Source: Polyangiaceae bacterium (GTDB lineage: Bacteria; Myxococcota_A; Polyangia; Polyangiales; Polyangiaceae). Taken from it: a stretch of 64,000 nt of DNA. Position numbers and translations under genes: made by a program. Of this stretch, positions 56,835 through 64,000 are shown piece after piece (positions within the stretch are counted from its first letter, which is position 1; each line of letters opens with the position of its first letter). A model generated the notes under the pieces. The model had not been told where the DNA came from. It ran no database searches and was given only the letters and a program-made list of their open reading frames with translations. Location of the stretch: positions 288,001 to 352,000 of the forward strand of contig JBILLK010000006.1 in the NCBI GenBank assembly GCA_044376115.1. Reading direction: 5' to 3'.

Positions 56835-57170
56835 ATGCGCTGGCTGTTGTTCCTCCTTTTGCTGGTCGCGTGGACGCCCACGGCGTTTGCTTTCGAGCTC
56901 AATCCGCTGGAAAGCCAGAGTGGGCCGCGTGATGCAACGCTCTACGCCAGTCAAGAATTTGCCGGGAGCGTCGCCGATCTGACGGTTGTACCTCCACGTG
57001 CGGAGGCTGGGCAGGAGGTAGCGGCGCGCTACGCAGGTTGCGAGCAGTCGGGCTACTCGATGCGCACCACGTCGATGGGCGCCGCGTTGATTGTGCTCTT
57101 CGCCTTGTTTCGCCGGCGTCGCACCAAAGCCCAACTCTCGAGCGGGCGGCCCTACACTTCCCAGCGATAG
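56835..57170 (+). CDS. Small exported protein with a MYXO-CTERM-like sorting signal
   Basis: Signal peptide ending AFA; AGC..spacer..AALIVLFALF-RRRR. Confidence 0.6.
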   Translation: MRWLLFLLLLVAWTPTAFAFELNPLESQSGPRDATLYASQEFAGSVADLTVVPPRAEAGQEVAARYAGCEQSGYSMRTTSMGAALIVLFALFRRRRTKAQLSSGRPYTSQR

Positions 57171-57574
57171 GTGGTGACGACCTCCACCTCGGGTGAGAGC
57201 GAAAGCCGGACGGGGCAGGTCTCTCCGATATGGCGGAGTCCCTCCCGCGAGGCCTCCGAAAGGTGCTCGCCTTTGTCTTTGGGCAACGAGATATCGACCA
57301 CGAGGCGAGCAACCTTGCGCGGGGGAGCTGCGGTCATGTGCTTCTCGACTAGGCCCTTCATGCCAACCACGTCCAGCCCCTGATTGCGCGCGGCAATGCC
57401 CATCACGGTGATCATGCAGGTGCCCAGCGAGGTCGCCAGCAGGTCGGTGGGTGAGAAGCCTTCGCCCAGCCCGTAGTTGTCGCGTGGAGCATCCGTGGAC
57501 AGGGTGCTTGCGGAGGGCTCGTGGCTGACTGTTGTTCGAAGATTGCCCTGGTACTCAATGCTGACTCGGACCAT
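57152..57574 (-). CDS. OsmC family protein
   Basis: TDAPRDNYG.GEGFSPTDLLATSLGTC and TCPV. Confidence 0.9.
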   Translation of the reverse strand: MVRVSIEYQGNLRTTVSHEPSASTLSTDAPRDNYGLGEGFSPTDLLATSLGTCMITVMGIAARNQGLDVVGMKGLVEKHMTAAPPRKVARLVVDISLPKDKGEHLSEASREGLRHIGETCPVRLSLSPEVEVVTTYRWEV

Positions 57575-57716
57575 GCGGTAAACGCTACTCTGTGCCGAGG
57601 CACAAAGCTCGTCTGCGCAAGCTTCGCTCGTGCGCGACGAGGCATTGGCGCGAGGAAGGTCTCGCAGCCCCGATAACGCTTCGCCCAGGGTGTGAAGCTG
57701 CTAAAGGTCCAAGTCG

Positions 57717-59264
57717 ATGTGGAGCGGCAAAAACCTCGCCTCGCCCGCCTTGCTGATCTCGGTGTTCGTGATCTCGACCAGCGGGCTCATCTACCAGCTG
57801 GTGTGCGGCACCTTGGCCAGCTACGTGCTCGGGGACAGCGTCGCTCAGTTCAGCCTCGTGATCGGGCTGTACTTGTTCGCGATGGGAATCGGCTCCTACC
57901 TGTCAAAGTTCGTCGAGGAGGATCTGCTCTCGCGCTTCGTGCAGATTGAGCTTGGGCTGGCGCTGGTTGGCGGGCTTTCGGGGCCACTCTTGTTTCGCGT
58001 GTACGCAGCCTACGGCGCGTTTCGCGTGGCGCTGTATCTGAATGTGCTGCTGATCGGCACGCTGGTGGGCCTGGAGATTCCGCTTCTGTTGCGGCTGCTG
58101 AAGTTCTCTTTGGACTTGAAGGACTTGGTCGCGCGGGTGCTCTCGCTCGACTACGTGGGCGCGCTGTTGGCCAGCATCCTGTTTCCGACCTTGCTCCTGC
58201 CGCGGCTCGGAGTGCATCAAACCAGCATCTTCTTCGGCGCGCTGAACGCGGTGGTGGCGCTGGTAGCGACCTTCTTGTTCCCGTTGCCGAGACCCGTGCT
58301 CTTCCGCCTGCGCGCGAGCGGCGTGTTTGTGTTGGTGACGCTCGGGGTGGTGTCGCTGAGCGTAAACACGTTGGTCCGCTCGGCTGAATCGCTCTATTTC
58401 GGAGCCCCGATCGTCTACGTCAATCAGTCGCCCTACCAGCGGGTCGTGATCACCGAGAGCGTCAAGAGCACCAAGCTCTTTTTGAATGGCAACCTCCAGT
58501 TCAGCTCCGACGATGAGTACCGCTACCACGAAGCCCTGGTGCATCCGGTGATGGCCCGTTTCTCGGGCACGCCGCGTCGCGTGCTGGTGCTTGGTGGTGG
58601 AGACGGTTTGGCGGTGCGTGAACTCTTGAAGTACCCATCGATCGAACGCATCGATTTGGTGGACCTCGATGCCGCGGTGACCGAGTTCTTTGGCGAACAT
58701 CCGTTGGGCAAGCGTCTGAACGGAGGCTCCCTCGGTGACCCCCGTGTGCACGTCCACAACGAAGACGCCTTTCGCTGGCTGGAAGAGACGAGTGAGCCTT
58801 CCTTCGACGTAGCCATCGTCGACTTCCCGGATCCGAGCAATTACGGCGTCGGCAAGCTGTACACCGACGCGTTCTATCTGCGCTTGCGGCGGCAGCTCGG
58901 TTTGCGGGGCGTTGCGGTGATTCAAGCGACCTCGCCCGGTTTCGCACGCAAGACCTTCTGGTCGATCGTAACCACCGTCGAGAGCGTTGGGTTTTCGGCC
59001 AACCCCTATCACGCGTACGTGCCAAGCTTTGGCGATTGGGGCTTCATCTTGATTGGTACGCCAGGCCTCGATGGCGGGTCGCTCGCGCCTCCGCGCCAGT
59101 TGAAGGTCGAGGCATCGGAGCTGCGCTTCTTGGACGAGGTCGTCCTCAAGCAGCTGTTTGAGTTCCCCAAGGACCAAGCGCGCGTTGATGGGGAAATCAA
59201 TCGCCTCAACGACCAAAAGCTCGTGCCGCTGTACACCTCCGAGTGGGGCGAGTGGTCTCGCTGA
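57717..59264 (+). CDS. speE: Membrane-anchored polyamine aminopropyltransferase (spermidine synthase-like)
   Basis: About 7 N-terminal TM; LFLNGNLQFSS.DEYRYHEALVH, VLVLGGGDG, DFPDP, VPSFGDWG. Confidence 0.9.
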   Translation: MWSGKNLASPALLISVFVISTSGLIYQLVCGTLASYVLGDSVAQFSLVIGLYLFAMGIGSYLSKFVEEDLLSRFVQIELGLALVGGLSGPLLFRVYAAYGAFRVALYLNVLLIGTLVGLEIPLLLRLLKFSLDLKDLVARVLSLDYVGALLASILFPTLLLPRLGVHQTSIFFGALNAVVALVATFLFPLPRPVLFRLRASGVFVLVTLGVVSLSVNTLVRSAESLYFGAPIVYVNQSPYQRVVITESVKSTKLFLNGNLQFSSDDEYRYHEALVHPVMARFSGTPRRVLVLGGGDGLAVRELLKYPSIERIDLVDLDAAVTEFFGEHPLGKRLNGGSLGDPRVHVHNEDAFRWLEETSEPSFDVAIVDFPDPSNYGVGKLYTDAFYLRLRRQLGLRGVAVIQATSPGFARKTFWSIVTTVESVGFSANPYHAYVPSFGDWGFILIGTPGLDGGSLAPPRQLKVEASELRFLDEVVLKQLFEFPKDQARVDGEINRLNDQKLVPLYTSEWGEWSR

Positions 59265-59356
59265 AGGCTGCTGTTGGGTGCGCGTGATTCGGATATTGAG
59301 GGTCGAAGGGCCAGCTCTCAGGTGGCTGAGCCGGGGCGGGCAGCCATGAGAATTCG

Positions 59357-60868
59357 GTGCGTTCGGCTGGGTTCGGTACTAGACTCCGCCGCGTGACCCA
59401 GGGGACTCCCTTCGACCGTCAGGCCGCATGCCCGAATTGCGGCGGGCCCATGACGTTCAAGTTTGCCGGAGCCCGCGCGCAGGTCTGCCGGTACTGCAAG
59501 TTCCTCGTCGCCCGGACTGATCGCGGACTTGCCAGTGTCGGTCGTGTCGCAGACCTCGCGGAGATCCCTTCGCCCTTGGCTTTGGGCGTAACCGGCTATT
59601 GGAACGGCAAGCGTTTCGAGGTCGGTGGGCGTCTGCAGATGGACCGCGTCGCAGCGCCGTCTGCGCCCTGGCAAGAGTTCGCCGTTACCTTGGTGGACAC
59701 CGGCGAGTTGTATTGGGTCGCCTATGCCCAAGGTGCTTGGCACTACTTTCGCGAGCTCTCCCCCACGCCACCGTTGCCAGCGGTTGGGCAGCTTCGCCCG
59801 GGTGTCCCGTGGCAGGCGCCGGGCGTCGGCTCGGTGGTCATCTCCGAGGTCGGTAAGAAGCGCGTCGAGAGCGGGGAAGGGGAGCTGCCGAATGTCGCCG
59901 TTCCAGGCGCGGTTACGCGCTACGCGGATTTTGGTGGGCCGGGCAATGTGTTCGGAACCATCGACTTCGGGGATGGCCAAGCGGTCGCCCCGCGCGTGTT
60001 CGTTGGCCAACGCTTTGACCCGGCGAGCTTCAAGCTTGATTCAGGCCAGCCGCTCGACAAGCCGCAAGCGCAGGTAACCGCCTGCACCTGCCCAACGTGC
60101 GGTGGCAGCCTGCCTTTGGTCACGCCGGGGACCACCGAGCGTATCGTTTGCCGTTACTGCGGTTCGGTCAGTGACGTCGCCAAGTCGGGCGTGCTTTCGA
60201 TGGTGGGCCAGGCCCCGCGCCCGCCGCAAGAGCCGTTCGTTCCATTGGGCTCCGAGGGTGAGTTGCGCGGTAATCGCGTGATCGTGATCGGCTTCGTCGT
60301 TCGCGGTACCTGGGTGGAGGGCGAGCACTACAGCTGGCGGGAGTACTTGCTCTATGCCGGCCCGAACAAGGGCTACATCTGGTTGATGGAGGAGGACCTC
60401 AAGTGGCAGTTGGTGGTGCCCATCCCTCCCGGTGAAGCGCAGGCTGGTTCGGGGGTCATGTTTTACCAGGGCAACTCCTACGGCTTGAAGCAGAGCGTTT
60501 CGGCGGCAGTCGAGTACGTGGTGGGCGAGTTCTATTGGAAGGTTGCCGTCGGGGAGACCACCCAAGCGACCGAGTACCAGGGGCCAGGGGGACTCATCAG
60601 CGTGGAGCAAGACCACAACGAGATGAACACCTCGTTTTGTTACCCGCTGACAGCTCGCGAGATCGGCCTGGCCTTCCGCATCGCACCGCCACCGGAGCCA
60701 TCGGCGGTGGCCTTCAAGACCTCTTCGATCACCAGCTCCTGGGTGTTCTGGCTGATCATCATCGTGGCCGTGTTGTTCCTGCTGAGCGTTGCTACGTGCG
60801 ACGACGACTACGGTGGAGGCAGCGGTTCCTCCGGCGTGTACATCGGGCCGGGCTACAGCGGGAAGTAA
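59357..60868 (+). CDS. Tandem DUF4178-like protein with two Zn ribbons and a C-terminal TM
   Basis: CPNCG..CRYC, CPTCG..CRYC, WREYLLY, YVVGEFYW; follows the speE-like gene. Confidence 0.8.
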   Translation: MRSAGFGTRLRRVTQGTPFDRQAACPNCGGPMTFKFAGARAQVCRYCKFLVARTDRGLASVGRVADLAEIPSPLALGVTGYWNGKRFEVGGRLQMDRVAAPSAPWQEFAVTLVDTGELYWVAYAQGAWHYFRELSPTPPLPAVGQLRPGVPWQAPGVGSVVISEVGKKRVESGEGELPNVAVPGAVTRYADFGGPGNVFGTIDFGDGQAVAPRVFVGQRFDPASFKLDSGQPLDKPQAQVTACTCPTCGGSLPLVTPGTTERIVCRYCGSVSDVAKSGVLSMVGQAPRPPQEPFVPLGSEGELRGNRVIVIGFVVRGTWVEGEHYSWREYLLYAGPNKGYIWLMEEDLKWQLVVPIPPGEAQAGSGVMFYQGNSYGLKQSVSAAVEYVVGEFYWKVAVGETTQATEYQGPGGLISVEQDHNEMNTSFCYPLTAREIGLAFRIAPPPEPSAVAFKTSSITSSWVFWLIIIVAVLFLLSVATCDDDYGGGSGSSGVYIGPGYSGK

Positions 60869-60870
60869 CG

Positions 60871-60900
60871 GCCACCCGCGGTCCACTCGCCGCGGTGGGC
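60871..60900. terminator. GC-rich hairpin between convergent genes
   Basis: CCGCGG-N8-CCGCGG core with imperfect flanking pairing. Confidence 0.35.
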
Positions 60901-60927
60901 CGAGGGCGCGGTCAGCCGTGGGTCAGG

Positions 60928-62049
60928 TCAGGGCTGATTGGCCTTGAGTTCGAAGTAGGCGTCGAACACGTCGCGCGCGACTTCGTTGCCTTTGCGCCAC
61001 CACTTCTCGTCGTTCGCCAACATTACCGCCACGGCGATCTCCGGCTTACGTGAAGGCGCAAAGCCGGCAAACCACGAGACCAAGCGCTTCGGCTTCTCAA
61101 ACATCAGCGTCCCCGTTTTGCCCGCCACGCTGAGCCGCGGCCTGCCCTCGATGGGCGCAAACGCTTTGGCGCTGGTCCCGGAGCGGGTCGTTACTTCGAG
61201 CATCTTCACCAGCTTGTCGGCGGTCTCCTTCTTGAAGGCCTGTCCGAGACTCACGCGCGGCACGTCGGCGGCGTTGCCGGTGACGTGCAGTCGCACCTTC
61301 TCGCCGCCGTTGGCGATCGTCTGCATCATGAACAGGGCTTGCAGCGGCGACATCTTGGCGTCGCCAAAGCCTGCGGCCGCGCGAGCGAAGCCGAGGTCGT
61401 CGGAGGGGAGCTTGATCGAGGTCTTATCGGCGGGTAGATCGAGCGGCGGTTCGGCGCCAATCCCGAAGCTACGGGCCGTCTCGCCCAAGCTCGTGGGGGT
61501 GAGGTGCTTGATCGCCAAGCGACCGAACACCGGGTTGATGCTGCGCCCCAACGCAAACTCGAACGCGGTTTTGTTATCACCGCTGTGACAGCCAGGTTTG
61601 ATGTCGGCCTCGCTGAGACGGCTTTCTCCGCCCTGGAAGCAAACCGCGTCTCCGAGGCGCACCTTGCCCGACTCGAGCAGCGCTGTGGTGGTGACGATCT
61701 TGAACAGGCTGGCACCCGGGTACTTGGCCTTGCGGACCATGTCGCCCTCGTTGCCGCGTGAGGCCCAGGCCAGGATGCGGCCAGTCTTCACGTCGCTTAC
61801 GACTACCGCTCCGCTCGGGGCTTTGCTCGCATCAAGGATGCGATCGACCTCGGCTTGCAACGCCGGGTCCACGGTCAGGCCGACTTCGCGCGTGCCCTCT
61901 CCACTGGCCTTTGCGCGACCATCGCGCACCTTGATGCTCTCAAGTTTGATGTCGTCCTTTTCCCGCCCCTCGCGTTTGGCGAGTGCAACCGGAGCGGCTA
62001 GGGCCGTCGTCAGTCCTATGGCAAGAAGTCCTACGACTTTACGCATCAC
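60928..62049 (-). CDS. Penicillin-binding transpeptidase-domain protein
   Basis: SLFK (SxxK), SIN (SxN), AGKTGT, SWFAGFAP. Confidence 0.9.
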   Translation of the reverse strand: MMRKVVGLLAIGLTTALAAPVALAKREGREKDDIKLESIKVRDGRAKASGEGTREVGLTVDPALQAEVDRILDASKAPSGAVVVSDVKTGRILAWASRGNEGDMVRKAKYPGASLFKIVTTTALLESGKVRLGDAVCFQGGESRLSEADIKPGCHSGDNKTAFEFALGRSINPVFGRLAIKHLTPTSLGETARSFGIGAEPPLDLPADKTSIKLPSDDLGFARAAAGFGDAKMSPLQALFMMQTIANGGEKVRLHVTGNAADVPRVSLGQAFKKETADKLVKMLEVTTRSGTSAKAFAPIEGRPRLSVAGKTGTLMFEKPKRLVSWFAGFAPSRKPEIAVAVMLANDEKWWRKGNEVARDVFDAYFELKANQP

Positions 62050-62109
62050 CTAGGCTTGTCTCAGATGTAGGCAAAGGTGGACAAATTTGTGGCCCGCCTA
62101 ACGCGACGC

Positions 62110-63723
62110 TCACGGGTGAATGAACAGGATTGTCCCGGTGAGTGGCCGAAGCGCCGAGTGCCATCCCGTTGGAACCTGCGGCTCGGTCCAGAAGAAGATC
62201 CGGCGTGCGTCTTCGGGAGAAAGGTTGATGCAGCCGTGGCTCTTGGGCGTTCCGAAGGAGTCGTGCCAATAGGCCGCGTGGAGCGCGTAGCCTTCCTCGA
62301 AGTACTGCACATACGGCACATCGCGGAGCTCGAACTCTTCACCCACCGCATCGGAGTCCATGGTGTTGGTCAGGTGCTTGGTGTGGATGCGGTAGATGCC
62401 CTTTTTGGTGGCGCGATTGCCCTCGAATAGGCCGTCCTCTCCGGTGGACACCAGCGTTGCAAACACGGCTGTTTCACCTTCGAACGCCACCAGCGTTTGC
62501 TTGGTGATGTTGATGTCGAGCCACTTCTCGCCGTTCTTGCCCCACTTCGGCATGCGCTTGGCGGGGTCGAGTCGGCTGGCGTGCCGATCATCCACCCAGA
62601 GCCCGTCTTTGGTCTCGTAGTGAAGGACGTTCTTCACCAACTTCTGTTTGCCGGTGAGGCCGACGAAGGCTCGATATTCAATGTCCTCGGCCGCGACCAT
62701 GGCGTTCTTACTGGCACTCCAGGTGAACTTCTTTGCGCCCTTCTTGCGGATCAGAGCGAACGGAAACTCGACGTCCACGCCAATTCGGACGCCGTGAAAA
62801 TCGGAGCCGCGGATGGGCCGAAAACGATCGGCCGGCATCACCCGCAGGTCGGGGGTGACGTTGTAGCGGCGCCCTTCGACGAGGTAGCTCGCGACGAAGC
62901 TCATGCCCTGTTTGCGATCGACCTGGCCGATCTTGATGTCCTGCTTATGCGGCCCAAGCCCGAGCGGACGCGGCAACTCAGCGTGCTCGGCTAGCCACGC
63001 GGGGAGCGGCTCGGAGCGTTTCTCCTCCCATGCGTCCCAAGCGCCAAAGCTTGGGGGCGTTGACCACTTGAACCAAAGCTCATGCCCGTAGCCAGCCCCG
63101 CTGACCTCGTCCTTCTTCCACTTCTGCATGTGCTTATCGAGGTTGGGCTCGAAGCGGTCGAGGTCGGCTTGCGATGGGATGCGATCGTAGACAGGGCCGC
63201 CCCGCGTCACGGTTCCGTACATGTACGGGAGCTTTTGCGTGACGTCGGGTGGGCGGCCGACGGCAACGACGACGGGGTGCTGGAGGTCCTCGCTGAGGCC
63301 GTCGGCGAGGCAGACAAAGCCCGCGGGTTTGATGCCGCGAAAACCGCCGCTGCAGCCAGCGCCGCTGACGTTCTTTTGGTCGGCGACGATCACCGCGCCT
63401 GCGCGCAGAAAGCCGATCGTTTTTGAACCACTATCCGGGCGCGAATAGACCGGAACGGTCATGCCGGTGACGGCCAAGCGTGGCTCGCTTGCGTCCGGCG
63501 CCGTGGGCACCTTCACCGCACCGTCGAGCGCTACAGGCGCCGAACCTGCGGCGGCCGGTGGGACTTCCGCTGCGATGCTTGCGGCGGCGGTGAGCGGCGC
63601 GCTCTCGACACCGCTCGTCGAACTCGCTGCAGCCGAGGCTGCGGCGGCGCTTTCGGTGGAGTCTTTCGACCCGCAGCCGAGCAACGCCGAAAGGCAAGTG
63701 AAGGTCAACGCGGAGAGGCGCAT
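62110..63723 (-). CDS. L,D-transpeptidase (YkuD domain) lipoprotein
   Basis: Lipobox LLGC; VSTG, ALHAAYWH..FG..SHGCINLS. Confidence 0.92.
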   Translation of the reverse strand: MRLSALTFTCLSALLGCGSKDSTESAAAASAAASSTSGVESAPLTAAASIAAEVPPAAAGSAPVALDGAVKVPTAPDASEPRLAVTGMTVPVYSRPDSGSKTIGFLRAGAVIVADQKNVSGAGCSGGFRGIKPAGFVCLADGLSEDLQHPVVVAVGRPPDVTQKLPYMYGTVTRGGPVYDRIPSQADLDRFEPNLDKHMQKWKKDEVSGAGYGHELWFKWSTPPSFGAWDAWEEKRSEPLPAWLAEHAELPRPLGLGPHKQDIKIGQVDRKQGMSFVASYLVEGRRYNVTPDLRVMPADRFRPIRGSDFHGVRIGVDVEFPFALIRKKGAKKFTWSASKNAMVAAEDIEYRAFVGLTGKQKLVKNVLHYETKDGLWVDDRHASRLDPAKRMPKWGKNGEKWLDINITKQTLVAFEGETAVFATLVSTGEDGLFEGNRATKKGIYRIHTKHLTNTMDSDAVGEEFELRDVPYVQYFEEGYALHAAYWHDSFGTPKSHGCINLSPEDARRIFFWTEPQVPTGWHSALRPLTGTILFIHP

Positions 63724-63802
63724 GGTTCCGTCGCCGCAGCGGGCGGCGGGCTTAGTTACGCAGCAACCGCGAAAGGGCCAAGTTCTCGGCGCAGCCTTAA
63801 GA

Positions 63803-64000
63803 TCAAGCGTTCTTCGGAAAGCGCCCGAACCGGATCAGCAGGCCGAGCCAACCTTGCGCTAGGTACAAGAAGTTGATGCCCACGTAGACGAAGAAGAACA
63901 GGTCGAAGCGGTCCAGCAGGGCAAACAGGTAGATGTGGCTCGGGTAGTGGTTGAGGAACCGTAGGAAGGTGAAAACCTGCCCGGCGACGCGTGCCATGAG
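63803..64000 (-). CDS. 3' end of a membrane protein cut by the window edge
   Basis: Frame open to the edge, hydrophobic translation, GC-rich third codon positions. Confidence 0.55.
   Translation of the reverse strand, partial: LMARVAGQVFTFLRFLNHYPSHIYLFALLDRFDLFFFVYVGINFLYLAQGWLGLLIRFGRFPKNA

Noticed and set aside
57903..59216. 437 aa minus-strand ORF, and similar long alternative ORFs such as 50129-51313, 2462-3496 and 35781-36779
   Set aside because: They overlap well-supported genes, carry no recognisable motifs, and are expected from high-GC codon bias.
57717..59264. Polyamine synthase as supplier of an amine for NRPS chain release
   Set aside because: It is on the opposite strand with four unrelated genes in between, has its own DUF4178 partner, and there is no terminal or free-standing C domain to catalyse aminolysis.

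Overview
High-GC bacterial DNA with a myxobacterial gene repertoire: Ser/Thr kinases, a kinase-sigma54 fusion, a MYXO-CTERM-like tail and many lipoproteins with Gly-rich linkers. A Polyangiaceae/Sorangiineae-like origin is inferred, not proven. The window has about 45 densely packed CDS. I saw no rRNA, tRNA, CRISPR array, transposase or integrase. The left part holds an ABC permease end, a kinase-TPR-GAF-sigma54 activator facing Cys-rich lipoproteins, two TetR modules, an RND pump, a czcCBA-like metal pump, ohrR-ohr, a membrane CheA-like kinase paired with a diguanylate cyclase, and lysC plus an aldolase/SDR. The highlight is a four-gene, 15 kb minus-strand cluster at 39759-54726. It encodes an A-T-KS-AT-ACP-aminotransferase-C-A-T megasynthase, a PPTase, a CPBP/CAAX-protease-like membrane protein that has lost most catalytic residues, and a docking-C-A-T NRPS. 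The line has no thioesterase or reductase and ends in a MinD-like amphipathic tail, which suggests an undescribed membrane-associated release or export mechanism for a predicted diamino-Val-ketide-Asn-Gly product. The right end holds a CAP protein, a kinase, OsmC, speE-DUF4178, a PBP and an L,D-transpeptidase. All domain calls come from reading motifs by eye; no database searches were run.
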